Positions 1 through 10,342 of a stretch of 64,000 bases of DNA are shown here, piece after piece (the stretch's first letter is position 1; every line of letters begins with the position of its first letter). The notes below the pieces were generated by a model that was not told the DNA's origin, made no database searches, and saw only the letters and a list, made by a program, of their open reading frames with translations. The position numbers and the translations under genes are program-made. This DNA is from Candidatus Krumholzibacteriota bacterium (GTDB lineage Bacteria; Krumholzibacteriota; Krumholzibacteriia; Krumholzibacteriales; WJIX01), in the NCBI GenBank assembly GCA_034520215.1, contig JAXHNR010000002.1, forward strand, positions 78,060 to 142,059. Direction: 5' to 3'.

Positions 1-67
1 TCTCCAGATCTTCGGCAATTTTCATTAATTCTTCAATTTTCTTGCTTTTCAGTTCTACTATATCCAT
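1..67 (-). CDS. Partial CDS (N-terminus only; gene runs off window start). N-terminal 22 aa MDIVELKSKKIEELMKIAEDLE resemble a Rho_N/SAP-like helix-hairpin motif.
   Basis: Reverse-complement of 1..67 gives ATG at 67..65 then MDIVELKSKKIEELMKIAEDLE; AAGGGG RBS-like ~10 nt upstream. Too short to name the product. Confidence 0.3.
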   Translation of the reverse strand, partial: MDIVELKSKKIEELMKIAEDLE

Positions 68-528
68 CAGCTTTAGCCCCTTTTGCGTTAATCCTTATGC
101 TTATTTAAGTTGAGAGGTAAAATCTCTTGTTCCCGTCAAATAAAAGCTAACCATTTACTGTGTAAAACAAACCCTAAGAGATATCCCGTAAGCGAAGTAA
201 CCTCAAAGCGAAAAGAAATTACCAATTAACTGTCACATGAGATCTCTATGGAATCATTTTTATTAGCGGTAAATACTTCTATTCCAATCCTCTTGCATTC
301 AGACGAATCTAATCATTTCTACAATTATCTGAAGGAGAATCAAGAACGGTAATGAAACGACATTCAAATCTGTGTTTATACTACCCTAACATAACCCCCA
401 TGTCAAGTAAAATTGGAGCAATAATCTTCATAACAGCATTTTTCACCGCTTATTAATAACCTTACCCGGCCAGGAGCTCTTAATATTTAAATCAATCTAC
501 TTAATTGATCAGAAGATTCAAGTAATTC

Positions 529-1590
529 TTATCCTTCATTCTTCTGGACCTCAAGATATTTTCTAAAGGTTTCTTCCGCTTTTATCTTGAACCCTTTTTC
601 CTTATACGCGAGACTTAGAATCTGCCATCCTTTCGGATCTCCCGGCGCTATCTTTTGCGTATATTCTTCTCCAAACATTATAGCCTGATCAAACAACTTC
701 GCCTGATAGTATGTCAAAAGAAGACTATAAGCGGCCATTTTGTCTTTCGGCTTGACCCTGTGAGCACTTTCGTAAGCTACGATAGCCTTATGAAACTTTT
801 TCTGCTTGCGATAGACAAGGCCGAGATTATGGTAAACAGCGTAATTTTCCTCGCCGCTTCTTTCATACGCGTCAACGGCAATTTCATAAAACTTAGCCGC
901 TTTCGCCCATTCTCCTTTTGCGCGGAAATCCTCTCCGGTACCCTCGATACTTTTAACCTTGGTCGGATCCTCATCAATTAGAGCTTCGAAACTCTCGGCA
1001 GCCCTGTCTATATTGCCCCGATCAGCTTCAATCCTCCCGATAATGGAAAGCGCGTTCGTATAATCCTCATGTTCTTTATCCAGGCGCAGCCGCAACGAAT
1101 CAGTTGCTTCATAGCTTTTTTCCAGATAAACAGAATCCTCATCAGAAAGTGTAAAGGCAATCGTTACAAGCCTCAACCAACTCTTTAACCTTCTCGGATC
1201 AGCGTTAGTAGCTTTATCAAATTCTTTAACAGCGCCTTTCAAGTTGCCAAGCTGATACTCGCTTAATCCGTTATTATAATGCCCTGCCCAATTCGATTTT
1301 ATATTATCTTCCACAAGTTTTTTTTTGTTGGGATCAAGCTCCGCCGCTTTTGTAAAATTTTCATAGGCCAGTCTCATGCTGTCCTTCTTACTATAAGAAT
1401 ATCCCAGCTGATAATACGCTTCAGCGTCATTAGGGTTTTTCTCCAAGCCAAGTTTAGCGCTCTTTATAGCCTTGTCGTAACTTTGAGTCTGATTATGCAG
1501 CATAGCGCTTGTCGTCTCTACGCTCTTGCAGCCATATAGACCGCCAATCACAATAAGGACAGCGGCAACTAAAAATAATGACTTTCTCAT
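529..1590 (-). CDS. TPR-repeat lipoprotein (signal peptide + LYGC lipobox)
   Basis: N-term MRKSLFLVAAVLIVIGGLYGC; repeated AxxYxxLGxxY TPR-like motifs through the protein. Confidence 0.6.
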   Translation of the reverse strand: MRKSLFLVAAVLIVIGGLYGCKSVETTSAMLHNQTQSYDKAIKSAKLGLEKNPNDAEAYYQLGYSYSKKDSMRLAYENFTKAAELDPNKKKLVEDNIKSNWAGHYNNGLSEYQLGNLKGAVKEFDKATNADPRRLKSWLRLVTIAFTLSDEDSVYLEKSYEATDSLRLRLDKEHEDYTNALSIIGRIEADRGNIDRAAESFEALIDEDPTKVKSIEGTGEDFRAKGEWAKAAKFYEIAVDAYERSGEENYAVYHNLGLVYRKQKKFHKAIVAYESAHRVKPKDKMAAYSLLLTYYQAKLFDQAIMFGEEYTQKIAPGDPKGWQILSLAYKEKGFKIKAEETFRKYLEVQKNEG

Positions 1591-1833
1591 CGGAACTGAT
1601 CCTCCTTTTTAAACCATAGTAAAGCTGATTGAACCTCACACTTGACAAATAACAAGATCACAATCTTTTAAAATAAAGTTGCTTCTGTAAAAATTACTGC
1701 TTCAACAAATAAATCCAATTGTAAAATGAACATCTTAATATACTTGATTACCGTTAAATTAGTACTCCGCCGCTTTCCTGTCAAGTCTCTTTCCGGCTTC
1801 TTAAATCAATATTACAGGGTGTTAGATTTCCAT

Positions 1834-3876
1834 TTAGAAAAAAGTTACAGGGTCAACATCCCAACGAATCTCCGTCTTCTTGAAATTTGACACACCTTTT
1901 ACGGCCGTATCTATCAAGATTCTCTTCGACTTCGAATCAAAGGTACCCTTAATCAGAATATGGTACCTGTATTTGCCTCTTAACCTTGCAATCCGGGCGG
2001 GCGTCGGGCCGAGAAAAGAAAGTTCTCTTTCCAAATCAAGATCACTTAGCGTCTCATAGATTTTGTCTGAGGCGGTTCGCGCTCTATCTTCAGAAGTTGA
2101 CATTACAGTAAATAATAGCAGGTCTGTTTCAGGAGGATAATTCAGCTCCCTCCTCAAAGAAAGTTCAGTTTCCGCAAAACCGTCAAAATCATGATCTATT
2201 AGATAATTGAAAAGATAATGCTCGGGAGCGTAAGTCTGAACCAGGACTCCCCCCCCCTTCTCTCCCCTTCCAGTCCTGCCCGCCGCCTGAGAAAGTAACT
2301 GAAATGTTCTTTCGGCCGCCATAAAATCCGGGAAATTAAGTCCGGAGTCAGCCGACAGAATCCCCACGGTTGTAACATTCGGATAATGGTGTCCCTTCGC
2401 GACCATTTGAGTGCCCAGAAGCAAGTCGGCATCTCCCCTGGCAAATCTTTCCAGTATTTCGCTGTGACCATCCCGTTTGGATGTCGTGTCAAAATCCATT
2501 CTGGCAATCCTCAATCCCGGCATAATATTTGATAATTCCACCTCCACTCGCTGAGTACCGACACCGGCATGAGATATCTTATATGACCCGCAAGCCGGAC
2601 ATTTCTCCGGATAATCATCTCTATATCCGCAATAATGACAGATCAAACCAGCCCCGCGCGTGTGATATGTCAGTGAAATAGAACAATTAGGGCAGGTGTC
2701 TATCCACCCGCATTTTCGACATTGAACAAAATTCGCGTGTCCGCGCCTGTTAAGCAACAGAATAGACTGTTCTCCGGCCGCGTGACTTTTCGCGATAAGA
2801 TCAAGCAGTTTATCTGAAAAAACCTGCCTGCTCCCGCGCATATCGACTATTTCTACAGGCGGCATCTCGCCCCCCGTCGGCCTGGTCCGCAGCTGGAAAT
2901 AGTAATCTCCGGAATTCTTGAATTGAAAGTATCTTGGAAGAGACGGGGTAGCTGAACCCATCAGCAAAACCGCGTTTTCATTTCGAGCCCTGTAGAACGC
3001 GACGTCAACAGCGTTGTAGTGGGGCTTTTCCTGCTGTTTATAAGATGCGTCCTGCTCCTCGTCAACTACAAATATTCCAAGGTCTTTCATAGGAACAAAG
3101 ACGGCTGACCTGGGGCCTATCACAATATCAAGCTCCCCCGTGGAAGCCTTTTTCCATATCGCGTATCTTTGAGCGCCCGTCAGCCTGCTGTGCAGTACAG
3201 CCACTCTATCTCCGAAGCGTCTTTTAAACCGTACTGTAATCTGAGGGATCAAAGCGATTTCCGGTATTAACAGTATTGCTCTTTTTCCGTAATTAAACGC
3301 CTCCTCAATACACCGCATATACACCTCTGTTTTGCCGCTTCCCGTAACCCCATGCAGCATAACACTCAGATGCTTCCCCTCTTTCATCCCTTCTGTTACA
3401 ACCTCAAAGGCTTTTTCCTGTTCATCATTAAGTTTTGGAGAGTTTATTTCCCGGGGGAAACTTCTTTGTGAAATTTCTTCCGGGCTGAACCGCTGTTTAC
3501 CTGTAATCCCCGCGGGAAGCATTACTTTTAGAATTTCACCTATCGGATGAAGATAATAATCAGCCATCCACCCCGCTAAATCAAGCAACTCTTCATTTAT
3601 CAAAGGAGTTTTGTCAACGAGGGCTGAAAGCTCCCGTATTCTGAAATTTCCCCGGGGTTTACCGCAGAATGAAAGAATATAGCCCGTCAGCCCCCTTCTT
3701 CCAAACTTCACCTTAACCCTGCAGCCGGGATTGACCAATTCCGCCATTTCCGGCGGAACTCTGTAAGTAAAAACCCTTTTTACGGGAACCGGCAAAACAA
3801 CGTTGACATATTTTTTTTTAAGATCTTCAGCTTCCATAGCAGACAGGAGTATATTATGAAAGCTGCCGCGGAGCAA
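1834..3876 (-). CDS. priA: Primosomal protein N' (replication restart helicase PriA)
   Basis: Walker A GVTGSGKTEVY, DEEQD box, Cys-rich zinc motif CPNCSISLTYH...CHYCG, C-terminal PriA domain. True start may be the internal MEAED (3837). Confidence 0.85.
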   Translation of the reverse strand: MLRGSFHNILLSAMEAEDLKKKYVNVVLPVPVKRVFTYRVPPEMAELVNPGCRVKVKFGRRGLTGYILSFCGKPRGNFRIRELSALVDKTPLINEELLDLAGWMADYYLHPIGEILKVMLPAGITGKQRFSPEEISQRSFPREINSPKLNDEQEKAFEVVTEGMKEGKHLSVMLHGVTGSGKTEVYMRCIEEAFNYGKRAILLIPEIALIPQITVRFKRRFGDRVAVLHSRLTGAQRYAIWKKASTGELDIVIGPRSAVFVPMKDLGIFVVDEEQDASYKQQEKPHYNAVDVAFYRARNENAVLLMGSATPSLPRYFQFKNSGDYYFQLRTRPTGGEMPPVEIVDMRGSRQVFSDKLLDLIAKSHAAGEQSILLLNRRGHANFVQCRKCGWIDTCPNCSISLTYHTRGAGLICHYCGYRDDYPEKCPACGSYKISHAGVGTQRVEVELSNIMPGLRIARMDFDTTSKRDGHSEILERFARGDADLLLGTQMVAKGHHYPNVTTVGILSADSGLNFPDFMAAERTFQLLSQAAGRTGRGEKGGGVLVQTYAPEHYLFNYLIDHDFDGFAETELSLRRELNYPPETDLLLFTVMSTSEDRARTASDKIYETLSDLDLERELSFLGPTPARIARLRGKYRYHILIKGTFDSKSKRILIDTAVKGVSNFKKTEIRWDVDPVTFF

Positions 3877-3885
3877 TCCTAAATA

Positions 3886-4263
3886 TTATTTTCTGGTGTA
3901 AAGGTATTCATTCACTTTTTCTATAAGCTTGCTCGGACTGAAGGGTTTTACAATATAATCTGTAGCTCCAACTTCATAACCGAGCCTCTTATCTATTTCT
4001 CTACCCTTTGCTGTCAGTAAAATAACAGGGATTTTCTTTGTCAACGGATCAGATTTGAGAGCGCGGCATGCCTCATACCCGTCAACTTTGGGCATCATTA
4101 TATCAAGTATTATCAAATTAGGCTGTTCTTTCCGAGCTTTCTCTATAGCTTCTTCTCCATTAGAGGCGGATACCACCTCATATCCTTCCGCCTCAATACT
4201 GAATTCCAGTATCTGAGTAATATTTGCTTCATCATCAACCACAAGAACTTTTCTTTCAGTCAT
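3886..4263 (-). CDS. Single-domain response regulator (REC/CheY-like)
   Basis: VLVVDDE...DIMMPKVDG...LTAKG receiver motifs; 4-bp overlap with downstream HK (operon). Confidence 0.8.
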   Translation of the reverse strand: MTERKVLVVDDEANITQILEFSIEAEGYEVVSASNGEEAIEKARKEQPNLIILDIMMPKVDGYEACRALKSDPLTKKIPVILLTAKGREIDKRLGYEVGATDYIVKPFSPSKLIEKVNEYLYTRK

Positions 4264-7200
4264 ACTTCCTCCTCCACTTTTTCTGTTTCTTCATTAATGT
4301 TATCGATTTTCCTGCTGAATTCAGGTGAATAAAAGTAGTCTTCCAGGTCTTCAATTTCTTCAAATCCTCTTAATTCATCCAGCACTTCCAGGAAAGCATT
4401 TACTATCTCGGGGTCGAATTTCTTCCCGGCGTTGGCGGAAATCTCCTCAGCCGCTTCATCCAGAGAATAGCCGCGTCTGTAGGGGCCGTGAGTAACAAGG
4501 GCCCTGAAAGAATCTATTACAGTTATTATTCTTGTTCCCATATCAGCTTCAGTAGATTTGATACCATCAGGATATCCCGTTCCGTCATAACTTTCATGAT
4601 GATTACGTACCATCTTCATTACTCTCTCGTCAAGCGCCATAGGGGAAAGAAGCAAATAACCGATATCGGTATGTTTCTTCAGTTTTTCCCACTCTTCTGC
4701 CGAGAGACTCTCCCTTTTACCCCTTATATATCCCTCTATTTTCATCATCCCGACATCATAGAGATTCATCCCGAGATAAAGAGCCGCCAGGCTGCTTTCT
4801 TCTATATTAAGGCGCTTTCCCGTCTGGACGGCCAGCCTGGAATACAAAGACAGGTTTTTGCTTCCAATACTTTCTCTGAAATTGAGAATACTCCTCATCG
4901 CCTCTTTTAAATCGGCAAAGTTTGTGGAAATAACTTCATACGCTTCAAGTTTGCTCAGCATCGCGCTTATTATCCCGCTCAATACCTCCAAAACCTCTTT
5001 TTCAGGACCGGAAAACCTTCTTCCCTCAACATGGTCGCTTACATTGAGTACTCCCGTCACTTTCCCGTTTTCCTTTAATGGAACTGAAATAAAGGAATTT
5101 GTGCCGTAATAAGCAGAATTATTAGAACGTTTATAATTGGCGTTCTCTTCTATATTTCTGATATATATAGCCCTTCCCTCCTGAAAAACACGCCCCGCTA
5201 TTCTTTCACCAACCTTAACCTTAGTATTCTGAACAAATTCAGGATCCATTCCCTTAGCCGCGACAACCCTGAGGACGTTTTCATCTTTATCCAGCTTCAT
5301 AATTGAGGCCTTTCTCGCCTGCAGAAAACCGGCCATCATCTCCACAAGAAGGGATAAGAATTTTTCCCTCTGATGTCCCGTCGTTCCAAAAACCTCTGAG
5401 CTATTGCGTCTACGAATTATTATATCATCCCGCACGGGAAGCAATACAATAAATTTAGCTCCCGCGCGCTTTAAGTTTTCAACCCAAATCCGTCCCTCAT
5501 GCCATTTAACAATATCTTTGCATATAGCAAGACCCAATCCGGATCCGCCGTATTCTCTGGTATTGCTGTTATCAACCTGGTAGAATCTTTCAAAGACCTT
5601 TTCCAGCTGCTGTTCCGGGATTCCCTTCCCCGTATCCTGAACTACTATTCTGACCGCGGAAGCTTCCTCGTCGAGGGAGATTGATATTTCTCCCTTATCC
5701 GGGGTAAATTTCAAGGCGTTTTTCATAAGATTATCAATCAGTTGATATATCATTTCCCTGTCAGCCTTCATTACAACATGCGATTTCGGTAAATGAAGAT
5801 TGCAGTTAATTCCAGCGGAAGATATTTCGTCTTCAAGATTATTATAAACGTCCTGGATAATATTATTAATATCGCACTTTCCTTTTTTGCGCTTCAGCTG
5901 TCCGCTTTCCATCGTTGAATAATCAAGAATATTATCGACAAGATCAATTACCCTGTTATTCTCCTCTGTCATCACGCTCAGAAAATCCTTTATTGTATCT
6001 CTCTTTATGGAAACGATATTTTCAATAATAGTTTCGGCGTATGCCTTTATCGAAGTAAGAGGAGTCCTGAGTTCATGTGATACTATCGACATGAAATTAG
6101 TTTTTAATTGATTGGCGTTTTCAAGTTCATCTTTACACTTTGACAGTTCGGCTTCTTTCCTGTAACAGTTTTCCTTGAGTGTTTCTTCGCGAATCAATTG
6201 AGCGGCCAGCCCTGAGCATAAACTTAGAAAAATCTGATCGGCATTGACTGTCTCGTCGAAAAAACCTATTATAAACGATCCCGCATTACTGGTTCCCTCC
6301 ACTATCGGATATATGAAGATGTTATCTTTCTTCCACGTAATCGATCCGGGAACAAAGACGCTGCTGTCACCCCCGAGGATGCCGCGGTTGAATTTATATC
6401 CGCCTCCCTCTTTAAATCTATCATCGAAATATTCAGTATATTTATCTTTAGGATGGGAAATGCCGGTCTCCGGCGGGACAGCCTCTCCGGCGCATCCTCT
6501 TAGATAAAAATGATCATCTTTGTATTTCTGAGTTCTTAATAACACAAAATCCGCTCCGGATTCTTCATAAACCGATTCGGCAATCTCCTGGTAGTTTTCG
6601 GAATCTTTCGGGTTCAGCAGGGTTTTTTCCCGCAGCCTGAGAAATTTTTCATACACCCGGTTTTCAACAACTTTCTCCCGGCGTACCATTGAACTGCCGG
6701 CTGAAGAGACGGCAAGAATCGCGAGCCCGCCTATATCAGAAAGAAAAATAAATTGTCTGCCCAACATTCCTTTTGGGATTAATCCCGCGAGAGATAAACC
6801 TTCAACTAACGCGGCCATACAGAACATAGCCGCTACAGTACTCCACAAAGCAGCGTTTGAAGAATCCTCTTTCTTTAATTCCTTTAGAAGCGCCGCCCAG
6901 AAACCAAGTGACGCGAAGGCCCAGGTTAGCAATATAAGATTTGAAAAGGAAAAGCCGATCCATGACAACGAGAAACTGAGAACCGCCAAAAACACACCGC
7001 CGACCAACCCGGCTGAAAGAATATTTTTGTTCCACCCGATTCTGAATTTTCCCTCGGCGGGCTTAAGGAAAGATGCCAATAAAATATAGAGTCCCGCCTG
7101 CCCGGCGGCAAAAGAAGCAATCGGCAGAAAAGATCCGCTTCCCAAAAGGGGACTAATAAATATCCATCTCGAAAAGAAGATAAAAACAAGGCCGGACAAG

Positions 7201-7337
7201 ACCTTCCAGCTCTTCGATTTATTCCCCGCGTCAAAACCCACCGCCACTGCCGTTACAGACATAAGCAGAAAAACAGCAAGGTATGTTACCGATCCCGAAT
7301 ACCCCGTGAATATTTCTTCTATTCCTGCTCCAAGCAA
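4260..7337 (-). CDS. Membrane sensor histidine kinase fused to GAF and C-terminal HD-GYP-like domain (HK-GAF-HD-GYP hybrid)
   Basis: ~6 N-terminal TM helices; H-box SHELRTPLTSI; HATPase_c (DTGKGIP, GGSGLGLAI); second GAF; HD-GYP core HHESYDGTGYP and downstream DSFRAL...YRRGY. The HD dyad reads YD (LYDVGMM). Confidence 0.75.
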   Translation of the reverse strand: MLGAGIEEIFTGYSGSVTYLAVFLLMSVTAVAVGFDAGNKSKSWKVLSGLVFIFFSRWIFISPLLGSGSFLPIASFAAGQAGLYILLASFLKPAEGKFRIGWNKNILSAGLVGGVFLAVLSFSLSWIGFSFSNLILLTWAFASLGFWAALLKELKKEDSSNAALWSTVAAMFCMAALVEGLSLAGLIPKGMLGRQFIFLSDIGGLAILAVSSAGSSMVRREKVVENRVYEKFLRLREKTLLNPKDSENYQEIAESVYEESGADFVLLRTQKYKDDHFYLRGCAGEAVPPETGISHPKDKYTEYFDDRFKEGGGYKFNRGILGGDSSVFVPGSITWKKDNIFIYPIVEGTSNAGSFIIGFFDETVNADQIFLSLCSGLAAQLIREETLKENCYRKEAELSKCKDELENANQLKTNFMSIVSHELRTPLTSIKAYAETIIENIVSIKRDTIKDFLSVMTEENNRVIDLVDNILDYSTMESGQLKRKKGKCDINNIIQDVYNNLEDEISSAGINCNLHLPKSHVVMKADREMIYQLIDNLMKNALKFTPDKGEISISLDEEASAVRIVVQDTGKGIPEQQLEKVFERFYQVDNSNTREYGGSGLGLAICKDIVKWHEGRIWVENLKRAGAKFIVLLPVRDDIIIRRRNSSEVFGTTGHQREKFLSLLVEMMAGFLQARKASIMKLDKDENVLRVVAAKGMDPEFVQNTKVKVGERIAGRVFQEGRAIYIRNIEENANYKRSNNSAYYGTNSFISVPLKENGKVTGVLNVSDHVEGRRFSGPEKEVLEVLSGIISAMLSKLEAYEVISTNFADLKEAMRSILNFRESIGSKNLSLYSRLAVQTGKRLNIEESSLAALYLGMNLYDVGMMKIEGYIRGKRESLSAEEWEKLKKHTDIGYLLLSPMALDERVMKMVRNHHESYDGTGYPDGIKSTEADMGTRIITVIDSFRALVTHGPYRRGYSLDEAAEEISANAGKKFDPEIVNAFLEVLDELRGFEEIEDLEDYFYSPEFSRKIDNINEETEKVEEEV

Positions 7338-7350
7338 AACTTCTCCCGGC

Positions 7351-10335
7351 TCAATGAAGAATTCTATTACTTAATTTGGCTTTCATTCTGTCAGTTATAT
7401 TCAAATACTCTTCTACTTCCATATGTCCTTCATCCATCAGAACATCTATAAACGCGCTGACAATTGCCGCGTCAAACTGAGTGCCCGCATTTTTTACCAA
7501 CTCCTCGACAGCTTCTACCACTGTCATCTCATCCCTGTAAGGCTTTTTGCTTACCATAGCGACAAACGCGTCAATAACAGCTAATATCCTTGAGCCTATC
7601 GGTATCTGATCCCCCTTAAGACCCATCGGATAACCTTTGCCGTCAAAATGTTCATGATGAAAGAGAACAATCTTACTTACTTTTTCCACAAATTCAAAGG
7701 GTCTGAGCAGGTCAGTTCCCCTTTGGGGATGACTTCTTATCTTGTTTATATCTTTTGACGAAAGAGATAATGTTTTATTAAGGATGTCTTCACTGACACA
7801 TGACATGCCGATATCATGCACGCTGGAGACAAATTGAATTACTCTAATCTCTTTTCTTTCCAGATCGAGCTTCTTGGCAATTTTAACGGTCCAATTAACG
7901 GATTCTTTCCTTAAACCTGATTTATCCCTCTCAAATATTTCCAGCAAAGAGCGCAGCGAATGTATCGTCTCTTTAAGAAAAGCGTTAAAGTCCTGTGACA
8001 TTCTCATTCTTTCTATGACTTTTGAAATTCTCATGCTTAGGCTTTTAAGTAAATCCAGGTCATCTTCATTAAAAGATTTGCCCGATAACTTATTATTCAC
8101 ATTTATTACACCCAGAATAGTCGAGCCGATCACAAGAGGAACACTTATAAGGGATTTTGTCTCGTATTGAGATTTTCTGTTTGAGTCGGTGATCCCGACT
8201 TCTTCAATATTTTCAATAAGCAGCGGTTTGCCGCTCTCAGCAACTTTACCGGCCACACTGCTGCCTACTTTTACTCTCGCGTTTCTGACTATCTCACTAT
8301 TCAGTCCGTAAGCATCTTTGATGAACAATTCTTTTCTTTCCTCATCGAGAATCATAATGGATACTATCTTCGCCGAAAGAACCTCAGCTACTACACGGAC
8401 TGAAAGTTCGAACATTTCGTTTATTTCATTTCTGGAATCTGTCGCGTCTATAAGGAAACCAAGTAGATTATTAAAGTTATGCTCCTTGGGAAGAGTAAAA
8501 ATAAATTCTGTTCCTTCGCCGACTTCGCTCGTTACTTTTATATACCCGCCGTGCTGCTCGACAATATTCTTTACTATTGCGAGGCCAAGCCCAACACCTT
8601 CGTTAAACCCGGTATGAGCTTGATAGAATCGTTTAAAAACATTTTTTAACTTATCTTTAGATATCCCTTTTCCTTCATCTCTGACGGTAACCTTTATTGA
8701 TACGGCGTCTTCTGCGGCTTCAATATATATTTTTCCTTTCGCGGGCGAGAACTTTATGGCATTCCCTATCAGATTTATAAACACCTGCTTTATCAAGTCT
8801 TCATCGCCGTCAACCCAAGGAATTTCGTCTGAAATATTCACAATCAGCCCGAGATCTTTATCCTTAAAATACGGCTGCATGGAAGATTCCACATTCTGAA
8901 TCAATTCCTTTAAATGGAAAACTTTTCTCTTCAGAGCCTTCCGCCCGAATTTTATCTTGGAAACATCAAGAACTTTATTAACCATACGGATGAGTCTTTC
9001 CGTCTCATTCGAAATAACACCCAGAAATTCTTCGCGTTCTTTGAAATCAGAATCAGCGGCGTGCTCTATCAGAGATTCAACATAGGCTTTGATAGACGTC
9101 AAAGGAGTCTTAAGCTCGTGGGAAAGATGTGAAATATATCCCATCTTCAATTTATTAGAGCTCTCGAGGTTTTCATTTTCCGTTTCAAGTTTATCTATCC
9201 GTCTGTTCATAACTTCGTGTAATTTGCTTTTCTCAATAGCTCCGGCAACCTGACCGCTTAGAATTGTAAGAAGCTTCAAGTCTTCTTCCGTAAAGGCTTC
9301 CTCGGTTACATCACCAACCATTATTATCGCCAGGCTGATATCATTTGAAATAACAGGTATAGCCAGTAGAGATTTGAGTTTATTCCCCTTAAGCAGTTTT
9401 GACGCTGAACCTGAAGGATGATCTTTAATACTGTTAATCACAAGACCTTCCTTCAACTTAACTACTTCTTTAATTAAAGGATCCTCTTTCATTTCAGGGG
9501 TTTGTTTTACGCTTCTGGCATCTTTTACGTCGAGTTCAATATATTTGAATACTTCATGTTTTTCAGTAAATAAAACAGCTCCGGCCCACGGCCTTCTCAG
9601 GAGAAGTGTTGTTTCCTTGCAAACCATTTTCATCAATGTTTCAAGGCTTATCACCGAATTTATTCCCAAGCTTATATCATATAACCTCGTTAATTCGAGT
9701 ATTCTCTTCCTGGATTGCTCTATTTTCTTTTCAACGTTCCGGAAATAGACTCTGAATTTCTCATGATACGTGTTGAAAAGAAAAATCATAAGCCCCATGA
9801 ATCCGGCTAGAGCCAGCAAAGTGCCGATTAGAAAGTGTTCGTTCATAATTGAAGAATAATCGCCCTGATAACAGGAAAAATGAGGAATTGAACCGCTTAT
9901 TTCAAGAAGGCTGAGCGCTCCTATAACAGTAACTGTTACTAATGTAAGAATGATCCCCGTGGAGATGGAAGGGATAAGTCTGCTGGAAAAGAACAACGGC
10001 AGAATTACTAAAAACAAAAACGGACTCCACGCAGAACCGGTCAGATATACGAGAGAGAGTACAGTCGCCAGATCCACCACTATTGCCAGCCAATTTAGAA
10101 GATTGATCCCTTTTTCACTTTCTTCTAAAATGAAACCTTCAAGCCCGGCAACAATAAAATTAAGTAAAGCGGCCCCCATAAACAAAAACACGACAAGATC
10201 TGTTCTGTAAGTAAACCCCGCTAATTCTCTGGCAAGGTATACTATGCAGAAAATCGCCACCAGCTCTATCATTCTGATGTTTATCGCGTTCGTCAGTTCC
10301 CGTAATTTGTTTTTTCTTGCAATTTCCTCAAACAT
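7351..10335 (-). CDS. Paralogous membrane sensor histidine kinase with GAF and C-terminal HD-GYP domain
   Basis: Same architecture as 4260..7337: TM N-term, GAF, H-box SHELKTPLTSI, HATPase_c (DEGKGIS, GVGLGLAI), GAF, HD-GYP with intact VHDIGM and HHEHFDGKGYP. The ORF track starts at 10425 but that overlaps the upstream gene by 83 bp; internal ATGs at 10335 (MFEEIARK) or 10359 are more likely starts. Confidence 0.7.
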   Translation of the reverse strand: MFEEIARKNKLRELTNAINIRMIELVAIFCIVYLARELAGFTYRTDLVVFLFMGAALLNFIVAGLEGFILEESEKGINLLNWLAIVVDLATVLSLVYLTGSAWSPFLFLVILPLFFSSRLIPSISTGIILTLVTVTVIGALSLLEISGSIPHFSCYQGDYSSIMNEHFLIGTLLALAGFMGLMIFLFNTYHEKFRVYFRNVEKKIEQSRKRILELTRLYDISLGINSVISLETLMKMVCKETTLLLRRPWAGAVLFTEKHEVFKYIELDVKDARSVKQTPEMKEDPLIKEVVKLKEGLVINSIKDHPSGSASKLLKGNKLKSLLAIPVISNDISLAIIMVGDVTEEAFTEEDLKLLTILSGQVAGAIEKSKLHEVMNRRIDKLETENENLESSNKLKMGYISHLSHELKTPLTSIKAYVESLIEHAADSDFKEREEFLGVISNETERLIRMVNKVLDVSKIKFGRKALKRKVFHLKELIQNVESSMQPYFKDKDLGLIVNISDEIPWVDGDEDLIKQVFINLIGNAIKFSPAKGKIYIEAAEDAVSIKVTVRDEGKGISKDKLKNVFKRFYQAHTGFNEGVGLGLAIVKNIVEQHGGYIKVTSEVGEGTEFIFTLPKEHNFNNLLGFLIDATDSRNEINEMFELSVRVVAEVLSAKIVSIMILDEERKELFIKDAYGLNSEIVRNARVKVGSSVAGKVAESGKPLLIENIEEVGITDSNRKSQYETKSLISVPLVIGSTILGVINVNNKLSGKSFNEDDLDLLKSLSMRISKVIERMRMSQDFNAFLKETIHSLRSLLEIFERDKSGLRKESVNWTVKIAKKLDLERKEIRVIQFVSSVHDIGMSCVSEDILNKTLSLSSKDINKIRSHPQRGTDLLRPFEFVEKVSKIVLFHHEHFDGKGYPMGLKGDQIPIGSRILAVIDAFVAMVSKKPYRDEMTVVEAVEELVKNAGTQFDAAIVSAFIDVLMDEGHMEVEEYLNITDRMKAKLSNRILH

Positions 10336-10342
10336 ATCTCTA

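Noticed and set aside
655-1539. Plus-strand ORFs 655..981 and 1279..1539
   Set aside because: Antisense to the TPR lipoprotein gene, with hydrophobic or low-complexity translations typical of shadow ORFs.
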